A DNA stretch of 64,000 nt from positions 32,550,001 through 32,614,000 of the forward strand of contig NC_073390.1 in the NCBI RefSeq assembly GCF_028641065.1. Reading direction: 5' to 3'. Both the position numbers and the translations under genes were made by a program. Position 1 is the first letter of the stretch. Each line of letters starts with the position of its first letter. Of the stretch, positions 1 through 12,380 are shown in pieces. The notes under the pieces are model-generated. The model was not told the origin of the DNA, did not search any database, and saw only the letters and a program-made list of their open reading frames with translations. The stretch is from Leucoraja erinacea. Lineage: Eukaryota.

Positions 1-938
1 CATGTTACCCCTAAACTTCAGTCCCTTAATTCTCAAGTCATGTCCCCTTGTTTGAATCTTCCCTACTCTCAGTGGGAAAAGCTTTTCCACGTCAACTCTG
101 TCTGTCCCTCTCATCATTTTAAAAACCTCTATCAAGTCCCCCCTTAACCTTCTGCGCTCCAAAGAATAAAGCCCTAACTTGTTCAACCTTTCTCTGTAAC
201 TTAGTTGCTGAAACCCAGGCAACCTTCTAGTAAATCTCCTCTGTACTCTCTCTATTTTGTTGACATCCTTCCTATAATTAGGCGACCAAAATTGTACACC
301 ATACTCCAGAATTGGCCTCACCAATGCCTTGTACAATTTTAACATTACATCCCAACTTCTATACTCAATGCTCTGATTTATAAAGGCCAGCACACCAAAA
401 GCTTTCTTTACCACCCTATCTACATGAGATTCCACTTTCAGGGAACTGTGCACAGTTATTCCCAGATCCCTCTGTTCACCTACATTCTTCAATTCCCTAC
501 CATTTACCATGTACGTCCTATTTTGATTTGTCCTGCCAAGATGTAGCACCTCACACTTATCAGCATTAAACTCCATCTGCCATCTTTCAGCCCACTCTTC
601 CAACTGGCATAAATCTCTCTGTAGACTTTGAAACTCTACTTCATTACCCGCAACCCCACCTATCTTAGTATCATCTGCATACTTATTAATCCAATTTACC
701 GCACCATCATCCAGATCATTGATGTACATGACAAACAACAGTGGACCCAACACAGATCCCTGTGGCACCCCACTCATCACTGGCCTCCAACCTGACAAAC
801 AACCATCCACCATTACTCTCTGGCATCTCCCATTCAGCCACTGTTGAATCCATCTTGCTACTCCACCATTAATACCCAACCATTGAACCTTCTTAACCAA
901 CCTTCCATGAGGAACCTTGTCAAAGGCCTTCTGAATGT
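1..938 (-). mobile_element. CR1-clade LINE ORF2 (RT) 3' fragment
   Basis: The minus strand translates to QKAFDKVPHGR...GVPQGSVLGPLLF...YADDTKIG, typical CR1 reverse transcriptase motifs. Confidence 0.9.
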
Positions 939-1587
939 CATTGTAAATAGAATGGCTATTATAGAAAGCATAATTTCAAAATGTATACAAATCTGAGCTC
1001 TGGTACAGTAGTTTTTTAATTTATTAATGGGATGGAGACTTTGCTGGCTGACCCAACATTTAATTGCCCATACCAAATTACTCTTGAAGATGGTGAGTTG
1101 CTTTCTGGAACTACTGCAGTCTTTGAGGTGTAGATATTCTCACAATGCTGTAAGTGAGAAAATTATAGGATTTAGACCCTGTGATGGCAAAAGAATGGCG
1201 ATTATATTTCCAAGTTAGGATGGTATGTGGCTTGGAGGGCAACGTCCAGGTAGTGTGTTCCCATGTTTTTGCTTCCCATGTCCTCTGAGCTGCTGTAGGC
1301 TTTAATAGGTGCTGCCTAATAAGTCTTGGTGAGATGTTGCAGTGTATCATTAAATGGTACAAACTGCTGCTGCTATGCATCAGTGATGGAGTGAATTACT
1401 ATTGTCGATGAGGTGCCTATCAAGCAAGCTGCTGTCCTGTTCGGTGTTGAACATGAGTGCTGCTGAAGCTGCCCTCATCCAGGCAAGGGGAGAGCATTCC
1501 ACATGCCTGATACAAACCTTGTACATGAAGTGGTGTTGATGGTGTAAACAGTGTACCTTAATCAGACAGGCCGGATATATCACAATC

Positions 1588-1913
1588 GGAAATTGGAGGA
1601 ACAGCACCTCGTATTCTGCCTGGGTTGCTTGCGTCCGGATGGCATGAACGTTGAATTCTCCCAGTTTTGCTAGCCCTTGCTGTCTCCTCCCCTTCCTTAA
1701 CCCTCGAGCTGTCTCCTCCCCCCCCCCCCCCCGCCCTCGGGCTCCTCCTCCTCCCTTTTTCCTTCCTTCTCTCCCACCCCCCATCAGTCTGAAGAAGGGT
1801 TTCAGCCCAAAACGTGGCCTATTTCCTTCGCTCCATAGATGCTGCTGCACCTGCTGAGTTTCTCCAGCATTTTTGTGTACCTTCGATCTTCCAGCATCTG
1901 CAGTTCCTTCTTG
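1588..1913 (+). mobile_element. 5'-truncated Penelope-like element (GIY-YIG C-terminus plus pseudo-LTR)
   Basis: Encodes KLEEQHLVFCLGCLRPDGMNVEFSQFC* (stop 1671-1673), followed by a C/T-rich tract and the pLTR (CTGAAGAAGGG...). Flanked by a 9-bp direct repeat ATCACAATC (1579-1587 and 1914-1922). Confidence 0.8.
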
Positions 1914-2560
1914 ATCACAATCTTAAACTCTGGTTAGCTACATTATTTCTGTATACATTATTACTAAACCAGTAGTGGACTCCTGAGCCTTGGACATCAG
2001 AATCCTTTTAAATTTTGTTTCTGCTTTGAACTACATGCTTCCATGAAAATGCTATAAATGGCGATGTGTGAGCTAAATGCTGAAAATGGGACATCCAACC
2101 TAGGCAGATTTGGTTCTTACAACATATGAGCCTTTATTTATCTGGGATTTCTTGATAAGACAGTCTGTAAAGCATGTCTGTCTTTTCCCGCAATTCCTTA
2201 TGGGTTTTACGCAATTACAACATTGTATCTCTTTCCCAGACTGGAAAAATCCAGATTGCAACAGGCAAGGCATTTGTCTTGTAATCTATTGACTGCAACT
2301 TGATAACAACTGAGTGGATAGTGCAGGCATGAAAATCCCCTAATACATTTGTATATCAACCAATTAGAGGGGATCGAAAAAGGTCAATAGTCAGTATACG
2401 AGATTAAGGGGCAAGGGTTAACCAGAAGATTGTGTTGAAACTTTTCTCTTGTATTTAATTTCTACTTGATATGTCAAAAATGATTAATTTAACCGTTTTC
2501 AACCATAAATTTCAATCATTTTCATCTGAATTTATTTTGCTTTCCAATTTCCCTGGGAAG

Positions 2561-3181
2561 GTGATGCTGTGGAACTTGCAGAAAATTCGTCCAGTCTGGA
2601 CGGTGAACCTTCAAGATCTTACACAAGAGGAAGAAGATAATCAGCAAGCGGCTGGGTGTCAGCTTTTTAATCCACCATTGGCTCATTTCATTACAGTTGC
2701 CAGTTGTGGTAATGTATTTGCCTGTGGGGCTGAAGATGGCAAGATACGTTTATTCAGAGTAAGGGGAACAAGGTTTGAATTTGAACGTCAACTCTGCGGT
2801 CACAATTTGGGTGTTTCTCAGGTTCATTTTCTGAACTCTCTTTCACATCCGTACTGGTTGATTTCTGGAGGGAATGATGCAAAAATTCTGCTATGGGACC
2901 TGAGTGAACAAATCCTGACTGATGACAAACGACCATCAACATCATCTAGGCAAAAATCAAGAGTGGGATGCACTATGAAAAAAGCACGTGGGTGTAAAGG
3001 AACTGCCCATGGTGCAAAAGACAACAACAAAAATAAAAATGATTATGTTTTGCCAAAGCTCAGTATTGATCATGGAGACAAAGTGAATTGGATTTCTGGT
3101 GTGGATATAAAGGGTTCTAAAAGAATATTAATTGCTGACCAGAGCTGTCAGATATCAATGTACAATCTAGGTGACGTGTAG
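2561..3181 (+). CDS. WDR53: WD repeat-containing protein 53, last coding exon (upstream exon(s) outside the window)
   Basis: Polypyrimidine tract and AG acceptor at 2559-2560. VMLWNLQK...NPPLAHFITVASCGNVFACGAEDGKIR...GHNLGVSQV...PKLSIDHGDKVNW...ADQ matches the vertebrate WDR53 C-terminal exon as recalled. Stop TAG at 3179-3181. Confidence 0.93.
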   Translation: MMLWNLQKIRPVWTVNLQDLTQEEEDNQQAAGCQLFNPPLAHFITVASCGNVFACGAEDGKIRLFRVRGTRFEFERQLCGHNLGVSQVHFLNSLSHPYWLISGGNDAKILLWDLSEQILTDDKRPSTSSRQKSRVGCTMKKARGCKGTAHGAKDNNKNKNDYVLPKLSIDHGDKVNWISGVDIKGSKRILIADQSCQISMYNLGDV

Positions 3182-3335
3182 GTATACATTGGTGAAAGAA
3201 TTTAGATGAAAGTGACAATGGCTTGGTAAAGGATATGAAAAGAAACAAATTGATAGACTTTCCACTAATTCTGAGGTAAATATGAGAGCCATCTGCATGT
3301 TTTGATAGGAGCACATAGAATATCAAATGACTAAT

Positions 3336-3835
3336 GGGCTTGTCTCACTTAGGCGACTAGGCTGTCGCCACATGGTCGCTGGGATGACGCCTGTATGTTC
3401 GTGAGTAGTCTCAGTCGTCCAAAGAGTTGTAGCGGTTTTCTGATGGCCACTGGATATTGAAATGTTCAAAAATTGTCAGCGACAGTGGGCTTGACGCCAA
3501 TGAGTGTGGCTTGACTTCTACTGACATTGGTGCTCTAGTAGGTTGTCGCTGGTGCTGACCAGTGAATTCCATTGGCGACTACTCGCGTCAACCTAAATTG
3601 TCTTCAGTTGTCGCCGACAGGTTCGGAGCTTGTCGCAGGTGGACGTAGGTTGACTTCGGTTGTTGTAGGTGGACGTCCTAATGGGTCGCCGGTTGTCGGT
3701 AGCTTGCCCTAACTTAATGTCGACTAAGTGGTAGGTTGTTGTAGCTTGTCGTAGAGTGGGTACAGTCGCTGGATTTTCGGCGACCTTCTACGACTATGAC
3801 AGTCGCCTAAAAAATCACCTAAGTGGGACAGGCCC
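3336..3835. mobile_element. PIF/Harbinger-type MITE in the probable WDR53 3' UTR
   Basis: TIRs GGGCTTGTCTCACTTAGGCGA / TCACCTAAGTGGGACAGGCCC with TAA/TTA-like flanks; same TIR family as 32234 and 42937. Confidence 0.75.
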
Positions 3836-4306
3836 TTTAGAATAATCAAGTAAGCAACAGCTGCTGAACATTAAAATGCTTAACATTTTGTGAAATTCCA
3901 CACACAAATCATATTCTGTACAGATTTTCACTGAGAATCTAAACAGCAAAGAGTTTGGCAGAAAATTACCTGGTTGCTTTGAGTGCATTAGGAGGAGGCT
4001 GCTGGGATTTGGCATATCAGGATTGACGTTGGATCATTAGTGTGATTCCCTGGAGTGAATTGATGGTAATTCTGAGAAACATGCCCACTGGAAGTATGAA
4101 TGTAATTTTTACAGATAAATAGCAAGTAGATTTGCAAGGTTCCTGCACTACAGTAGGATTCATTAGTTTTGCTTTGAATATTGCTAGTATTTGTGTTTTC
4201 AAGATGTTTTTCATATAATTGATCCTGGAAAATGTTTCAGAAAATATTTTTGAAATTGAATTTACAACAGCTGAAAAGTCCTTTCTTGATAAATGACACT
4301 CTTAAA

Positions 4307-4396
4307 AATAAAAAAAATCCCTCAATAAATTGTTATTGATTGTCATGGTGTTTTAAATTTTAAAAGGTTATTAATAAAGGCTGATGTTGAAATAAA
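4307..4396 (+). terminator. Cluster of AATAAA polyadenylation signals, probably for WDR53
   Basis: AATAAA at 4307, 4324, 4373 and 4391, about 1.1-1.2 kb after the stop codon. Confidence 0.45.
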
Positions 4397-5228
4397 ACAT
4401 TGAGAATTCATTCCCTCTTTCTCTGTCAGAGGAGAAAAACTGTCAAAAGTTTATTGTATTGTATACTTTTGTTGTGTTGCATCGAGTGTTCTTGTAAAGC
4501 TGAAGCAAGAAAGACCGCCATTGTTCTGACACATATCTGGTGCATATGACAAATAAGCACAGTTAATTATTGAAATGGCAGAACAGACCCAAAGAGCCAG
4601 ATAACCCACTCCTATTTCTTACCTGTATATTCTGCAGAGAACACTTTGTAATGTGGAAAGATAAAGTAGCCACTTTACATTTCAAAGTATCACTGACAGT
4701 ATTGATATAAATCAACAGAGATTTTGGTCTTGGTGGCGCCTGTCGTTATCATCGAATAGTCATAAATTATTTTGTTGGTTGGACAATTCCTTTGTTCTTC
4801 AAAAAGTGCCATAGGATGACATCAGGGATACTATCTCAAAGCCAAAACCACCACTGGTTCTAAACTGAAATTTTACACAAGAAATGTTCTTAAAACCTTA
4901 GAGCAGAGTTTGAACCTTGAACAGCCAATCAAGGTAACAGTACTAATACTGAGCCAAAGATACCCAAAATCTTTAATCAAAAGAGTTTTGCAAACTTACC
5001 TCCTCAGATATCAGGGCCAGACACCATTTTCTTTTCACACAGACATCTGAGATCTCATTGGTGAATGGAAGATGGGGGTTTTCCAAGTGTCCTGATGGGC
5101 ATTTCTTCAATCATCACATTAATGACAGAAAAATAACTGCCACATTTTCTCAGATTATAACATAAATGCGTAAATTAGATGATATGAAATATTCGGTATA
5201 CAATATCAAAATGTTCTTTCTTTGCATA

Positions 5229-5866
5229 TCTATATACTGAAAAGTCTGATCTTGGATGTGTGTGTATTTGTTGTTTGTGTATAATCACATCTTCTCAAAA
5301 AAAACGACACGCTAACGGTAAAATATTTACATATTCTGGTAGAGATTTTTCCTGTGGAGTCCGACTCCTTCACGCTGAGAGTGACCTCACCCCTCCCTAA
5401 TCACTCTTTCTCCCCCCCTCCGGTTACTTAAAAGACACAGAAAGAACAAGCATGTCGGGCCCTGTACTCTATTTGTCGGCGCACGGTGGGGAGGTTGTTG
5501 CCGCAGGCCAAGCCCGGCGACTGGACCTGGGCAGAAACAGAGCCTGGAGCTGGAGAGAGGGAGTGTTGCGTTCGGGAACCAGCCCTCCCCTGTGAAGCCG
5601 TGCACCCCCTCACCCCTCAAACTCTACTCCGCTCCCTCTCTGCCCTCTGCCTCTGCACCCCGCTCCTTCTCCCTCTTGAGCCGCGCCTGCGAGTTGGGGG
5701 CTATGCGTGAGTGGATGGGGATGGGTAAAAGGTGTGAATGAATAATATTAATAATATCGAGGGGGGTGGTTAGTGAGTGTGGTGGGTGGGTAGTGTGTGT
5801 GTGATGCCGCAGCCTCTCCACCACCCGGTTGAGGGGACGGGACCCAACGGGTCCCACTTGGTCTAG
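5229..5866 (+). mobile_element. Non-autonomous Helitron
   Basis: 5' end TCTATATACT after an A; 3' hairpin GGGACCC-AAC-GGGTCCC (5839-5855) just before the terminal CTAG, followed by T (A|T target). A related copy lies at 57001-59057. Confidence 0.8.
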
Positions 5867-6499
5867 TATATATTAAAATTTTAACATTTTTTACTAACTT
5901 ATCAATTAGCACTAATCAAAAATTGATCTGGATATAAATAATCCAGCTAAAAAAATGGCAATGATATGTACTCAGAGAAAGGAAAGGTTTAATCTGTTGC
6001 CATGTAACTAAACCAAATTTTAAAATATTCACCATTTTAAACATTCTTAAAAAACAATTAGCCAATCAATCAATGTTTTTTGATACGAACAATAAACTCA
6101 ATTTGGTGTAGTGCTTTAAATTTTCACCTAAAGTAACAGGAACAAAAAAAGTTTCCACAAATAGTTCAGGACAGAGATGATGTAGATTAGTTGACTTCTG
6201 GCCGTCAGCTCTCGAGTTCCAGGGCTTAAAGTTATGGATATTTTAACTTGTTATCTAATCTATTTATTAGATAATCAGGACAATAATAACATTTATCTTA
6301 AATTAGTGAATATTGACATTTGAGCAAGTGCATTGTTTCCCAAAGTTTTTATTTGCAAACTCCACACAGATTTCACCTGAGATCAGGGGCACCAACTCAA
6401 TCAGCCGTGCTGCTGCTGCCTAAAACTTGTTTGAGGTCTTGTCATGACAAAACAGGTCTTCTCAGAGAACACATCTAGAATAGTGAAAAGGAGAATGAC

Positions 6500-6850
6500 A
6501 ATTTTCCGGTACTGAAAGTGAATTAAAGCAATGCTTTACTTGAAGAATTTGTATTCAATAATGGCCCTCAGGATCCAACTGTCTGTATACTTTATGAAAC
6601 ATGATGGTATCACACACGCTCTTCTTTCTTTATATCACCCAGCTTCAAATGGAGTTGATGAGAAGTCAGAAGAGATGAAAACTCAAGAACAAGAGTTCCA
6701 GAGAATTTCTAACCTCAGAATGAAACCTGCATCCAATTTCTTGCTCAAGGGTAGAATAATTTGCATCCTATCATGAGGGATATATCTGCAGAACTCTCTT
6801 GAGAAAAGAGGATTGAGATCACACCAGAGGTTGTTCAACCAAATGTGTCT
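6500..6850 (+). mobile_element. Degenerate Ty3/Gypsy integrase remnant
   Basis: Frameshifted pieces EEFVFNNGPQ and FMKHDGITH...YHPASNG...NFLL resemble the Gypsy integrase core (SDNGPQF...PYHPASNGLAE). Confidence 0.6.
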
Positions 6851-7198
6851 CCAAGAGTTAAACAGGTATTGTTGAGGCAGGAACCAATCTGGAGGTCAAT
6901 CAAATAAACCAAACATGAACGTTGAACCACTTCCCGAGATGGTTGTAATGCAGTCAAAAGAGTGGATTATTAATTCCAAATATGTCTGAAGATACAAAAC
7001 CTATTTTGAGTTCAAATCCATGATCAAGCAGTCCAGAGGTTGATTCAATGCTTGTAAGGGGAACACGAAGACTCTAAAAGCCAATTATTAGACTACATTA
7101 TACTTATGGTCAAATGTCTATAATGGTAGGCTTGTATTTCACTGTGATCAGGGTATCCCTATATGTTTCTATTGTGATCCTAATGGATGACCCAAGTC

Positions 7199-7826
7199 AT
7201 GCAAAAGGATTTGAGTATAGGAGCAGGGAGGTTCTACTGCAGTTGTACAGGGTCTTGGTGAGACCACACCTGGAGTATTGCGTACAGTTTTGGTCTCCTA
7301 ATCTGAGGAAAGACATTCTTGCCTTAGAGGGAGCACAGAGAAGGTTCACCAGACTGATTCCTGGGATGTCTGGACTTTCATATGAAGAAAGACTGGATAG
7401 ACTCGGCTTGTACTCGCTAGAATTTAGAAGATTGAGGGGGAATCTTAGAGAAACCTACAAAATTCTTAAGGGGTTGGACAGGCTAGATGCAGGAAGATTG
7501 TTCCCGATGTTGGGGAAGTCCAGAACAAGAGGTCACAGTTTAAGGAAAAGGGGGAAATCTTTTAGGACGGAGATGAGAAAAACATTTTTCACACACAGAG
7601 TGGTGAATCTCTGGAATTCTCTGCCACAGAAGGTAGTTGAGGCCAGTTCATTGGCTATATTTAAGAGGGAGTTAGATGTGGCCCTTGTGGCTAAAGGGAT
7701 CAGGGGGTATGGAGAGAAGGCAGGTACGGGATACTGAGTTGGATGATCAGCCATGATCATATTGAATGGCGGTGCAGGCTCAAAGGGCCGAGTGGCCTAC
7801 TCCTGCACCTATTTTCTATGTTTTTA
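7199..7826 (+). mobile_element. Young CR1 LINE 3' end
   Basis: LYRVLVRPHLEYCVQFWSP...TRGHSL...VVNLWNSLP, the CR1 ORF2 C-terminus, followed by a 3' UTR and TTCTATGT tail. A near-identical copy is at 46421-46865 (-). Confidence 0.92.
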
Positions 7827-8260
7827 TGCAGTGTACCTGCTTTACAATTTTTGATTATAACCTTATCGGGTGGGTCATAATATGAATGTCTATTTTCATT
7901 TGCAGCAGACTCATGGGGTAATCCCTTAGACCTGTGTTAACTCATGGGGTATCTAAGAATCTAAAGATCCAATATATATAATAGTTTGCCTTAAATAAAT
8001 CTAGTCCCTTTGGATATATTTACTGTGCCTCAATGGAGTCTGAAGTAAGGGTACATTTTACCAACTACCAGAGTTGTGGTGTGCTGTGTCTCAAAGCTGC
8101 CAGTTGGCACAGTATTTTGAGCAGATTATGTTTAATTCGAATAGATAGATTACAGCAATTGACCCAAGAAAAAAAGTCGATATCTTTGCAAGGAGGTATG
8201 TTTATTTCTTGAAAACTATATCAAGAATCAATGTGACATTTAGATGAGAAGTCCTGACCT

Positions 8261-8471
8261 ACCATCTACCTCATTGGAGACCCTAGACTATCTTTAATCA
8301 GACTTTACTGGATATTATATTGCACTAAACATTATTCCCTTTAATCTGTATTTGTACACTGGATGGCTTGATTGTAATCACGTATATTTTTTCCACTGAC
8401 AGGATAGCATGCAATATAGCAAAAAGGCTTTTCACTATACCTCGGTACACGTAACAATAAACTAAACTAAA
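8261..8471 (+). mobile_element. Non-LTR retroelement 3' tail fragment
   Basis: Ends in AATAAA-CTAAACTAAA, a tandem-repeat tail. Confidence 0.45.
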
Positions 8472-9111
8472 TGATCACACAGTTTATTAATATCCACCAT
8501 TTTAGCTTGTAGGCACATATTTGGGCAAAGCAACTGCCAAATTATTCTTCAGTCAGAGTTGTCTCCTGGAATGGAGGGGATGAAAGTTAAAATATTACAG
8601 AACAAAATCAAATGATTGGAATGTTGTTTTCTCTATTATTTGTCATCTCGACCACAATTAATATGGGTCACGTTGATTCACACACAATCCTTGCATTCCA
8701 AACTGGAAATATTATCAGCCTGTGTATCATCATAACCTGAAAATATTTTGTTTTAAAACACCCTGGGCTTCTTTACCTTCAATATTTGTCATTCAATATA
8801 TAATGTCATTCAATATTTTCCAAACTATTATCATTACAATAACATTCTGTTTTTCTGCTTTCCCAATTGAAGTAGATGACCTCTCATTTATCTACATCAT
8901 ACCACATCTGCCATGTATTTGACAAGTCCCTCAACTTGACTAAATTCCTGAGGCCTTTTTGCAACCTCCTCAGTTCCTGCCCCTCTTGTATGACCGAATC
9001 ACTGTCAACCAACTTCACTTTTTATGACCTGCAGAGATTTCTTTGATCTTTTACTACTTTTAGAATAATTCCCTCAAGTTTATATTGCTCCTCCCCATTC
9101 ATTTTTACCAA

Positions 9112-9989
9112 ATTATGGTGCACGGCAGCCCTGTCAGCAGCGCGTTAGTTTTTTCAACTTTTTTTATTTTTTAGTATGTTTTAAAGTATGTTTGTCATGT
9201 TTTAATGTTTCTTTGTGTGTTTTGTGTGGGGGGGAGAGGGGGAAACCGTTTTGGCCGCCTCCTCCATGGAGAGACGACTTTTTCCAGGCCTAACAGCAAG
9301 GATTGGCGCGGCCTTTCCCGGAGACGCGCCCGGGGCTTCAGCGGCGTGGAGTGGGTGAGCCCTCGCTGGGGCTCGCTGGAGGGAAGCGCTCCGTTTCGCT
9401 GGCCCGGGGCAGCCGGCAGCCTGAAGCCGTGCGCGGTCTGCACAGCTCCAGCTGGCGTGGCGTCCGCAGCCCGGGATCCCTCGTGGGGGACCCGGGGGAA
9501 GAAGAAGCCACCACTGCCGGCCCGCGGCCAACTTCTACCGCGGGCCCGGCGTGAACTTACCATCACCCTTGGAGGGGAGCTTCGACCGCCGACCCTGCAG
9601 TCTGCGGTGCTTCTGTCTGCGACGTGGCAGGGACTTTAAATCTTCGACCGCTGGCCTGCGGCCTACACTAACTTAAAGCCGCAGTCTCCGGTGGGGAAGA
9701 GCCGACTCTGGACTTACCTGGACTTGTACCTTGTCCTTTTACCATCTGGACGCCCGCAGCAACAGCTGCGGAGGGTTGAGGTCCCGACCACGGGGGAAAA
9801 TGGAGGAGGACTGGCCAAATTGTGTGCCTTCCACCATAGTGATGAATACTGTGGTGGATGTTTATGTTAAATTTTTATTGTGTTTTTGTGTGTGTTCTTT
9901 ATAATTGTACCGCTACTGACATATTCATTTCACTTGCATTTATGTGCAATGTGACAAATAAACCGTATTGTATTGTAATGTATTGTATA
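9112..9989 (+). mobile_element. GC-rich non-autonomous retroelement (SINE-like) with a (TATTG)n tail
   Basis: CpG-rich body in AT-rich surroundings, ending AATAAACCG-TATTG-TATTG-TAATG-TATTG. The overlapping ORFs have no recognisable product. Confidence 0.5.
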
Positions 9990-11579
9990 ATACTTTGCAT
10001 TTTTCTTGGCAGTGTTTTGCAGCTAAATTCACTGCAAATGCAAAGTCTGGGCACATGCAAAGCCAAAAAGAATAAAAGCATTGGACAGAAATGAAGAGAC
10101 AAGGCAAAAACAAATGACAGGAAAGTGACACCGAATAAGATTGATCCGGTGCAATAAGAGAGAATAGATGATAACATAAAGTAAAGGAAGGGCAAGTGGA
10201 AAGAGACTAGAAGGAAGAATAGCCAAAAGTGTATCATGAATTGCACAAGAGAATGAAGAAAGTGAAAGAGGCAAAATCTGGGATTAGATGGAGAGGAATA
10301 GAGGCAACATTGGAATCAGACTTTTAAAGTAATGGAGATTGGAGGATGCCTTCATTTAGCTGGAGTGGGTAGACAGGAAGATTGCCAACATCTGATGATT
10401 TTAATTTTTAACAATAACAAAGTAGCAGTTCATCTGAATTGAAACAAGTTTGCCAGTTTAAATTGCCAGAGTAAAGAAAAAAGTGCCAGTTTGAAATAGG
10501 AGAATGAATGGGGAAGGACGAGGAGCTGGCTAGTTTTCAGTTCTCTGTAACTGGGAATGGAAAGTGTTGAACGTCTGTGAATGGATCTGAGACGATAATA
10601 TTTCAGTTACCACAAGACTAAGAAATGACCCCATGAGTTGACATAGGTCTAAGGGTTGACCCCATGGGTCTGCTGCAAATGAAAATAGACATTCATATTA
10701 TGACCCACCCGATAAGGTTAGAATTACCCACTGCCTCTCCAAACCCTACATACCTCTCTAACAGTTCTTTTTTGTTTTAAAAGTTTAAATTGTAAAGTGT
10801 TTATGTACTTAATCAGTAACAATGTGTAGAGAAAAAAAAGTCATGATTGCATACCCTTGGATTTCTATGGAAATACTAATTCTAGAATTTCTAATTTTGT
10901 CCCCTTCAACATTTAGATTTACACTGCAAACTCTTGTTTCCTTTTAGTACAATAAAAATGACAGACATTCATTGTACTGCAGATTAAGTTTCAAAGCCCA
11001 TATCATTTTGTTTCAAGTCTAGCATTATAAAGTTTCATTCTCGAGTTGTCAGCTTTTTGGCAGTGTCAGCTTTTTCAAAGTTCCTGCTGAGCTGCTCCTA
11101 GCTTGAAGCATTGTGTGACTGATGGTGGATTGGTTATTTCTCAATACCATAATCGAGCCATAGTCTTCTGCAAAGAAAGTCTTGTTAAATTATTGAGTTA
11201 CCTAATCTGATGTTCTGCAATTGTTCATTTTTCAGAGGCACTTTATTCTTGTGCAGCCTACTGGAAAGCCTCAGTTGGTTCATTGTCATTTGTTGTTTGT
11301 TCCAAGTCCAGGGTATTAAAATTGACGTCACATCTGAGTACAGGAAAGTCACACCTTTGTATTCATTACTCGCCTGAATGAATAACTTCAGTCAGAGTGT
11401 TTGGGCTTTTGAGTAGAAAGCAAAGATCTTTGGTAGAAAGGGCTTGCAGTTTGCTTTAAAATGCAGGAAATAAAATAAGTCTACTTTGCGTCTTAATTGA
11501 ATCAACATTGCCCATAAACATATTATAGATTCCTGTCTGTAAACACTGTGCATTCACCATATCATCACCCTTCCCTCTT

Positions 11580-12380
11580 GTACAGTCATCTCTACTCCAG
11601 AATAGATCCCAATGGTTAAACATCTGAATCCCTGTCTGCCTGCATTGGCTTCTGAACTATCCATTCTTCCTACTGCCATCGTTGCTAGCATGTTGCACTG
11701 GGAGTAATCCAGAGATTACTGGGATGCTGCTTTTTAATCTATATTCGCTTCACAGGACCTCATCCCTGTTCCTACCTGCCATTTGTGCGATGTGGACAAC
11801 AACTTCACGCTGCTTGCTCTCCCCTTGAGAATGTTCTGCAACAACATCCTGGACCCTGGCACCAGGGAGACAACACACCATGCCAGAGTCCCATTTGCTG
11901 CCACAGAATCTCCGATCTGTCCCCCCAAACTAATGAGTCTCCAATCACCTATGGCTCTGTCTGACCTTTCCCTCCCTGGCTGCACCTCACAGCCAGGCCT
12001 GACATTGCAGACAGGACCACTGCTGCCGCTGTTCTCCCGACCCGTCCTCGCCCACAATAGCCAAAGAATAATACATATTGTTGAAGGGAATGACCCCAGG
12101 GGATTCCTGCATCCTGCCTATTCCCTTTTCTGATGGTGACCCATCTACTTCCTACCTGTACCTTAGGCATGACCACTTCATTGTAATTCCTCTCTATGAC
12201 ATTCCGACACCTCCGGTTAATCCTGAAGTCATCCAGATGCAGCTCTAGTTCCTAATCATGATCCGCAAGGAGCTGCAGCTGAACATACTTACTGCAGGTG
12301 TTATCCTCAGCGGCAATGGAAATCCCCCTGACTTCCAACATCCCGCAGGAGGAGCATTCCACTATCCCACCTTCCATCTT
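11580..12380 (-). mobile_element. CR1 LINE ORF1 (esterase-like) degenerate fragment
   Basis: The minus strand encodes VCCLPGARVQD at about 11847-11879, characteristic of CR1 ORF1; multiple frameshifts. Confidence 0.7.

Larger units (their letters stand above)
7858..10720. mobile_element. Unclassified DNA-transposon-like element bounded by about 92-bp terminal inverted repeats
   Basis: 7858-7949 is the reverse complement of 10629-10720 with few mismatches. No transposase ORF was seen inside. Confidence 0.7.

Noticed and set aside
2471-2560. First 30 codons of the 236-aa ORF as the WDR53 N-terminus
   Set aside because: This is intronic polypyrimidine sequence before the AG acceptor; WDR53 homology starts at 2561.
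7114-7198. Hydrophobic N-terminal extension on the CR1 ORF, as a possible exapted fusion gene
   Set aside because: Chance open frame in flanking DNA upstream of a 5'-truncated young LINE.
9195-9639. Four overlapping ORFs of 83-144 aa
   Set aside because: GC-rich repeat with few stop codons; no domain signature.
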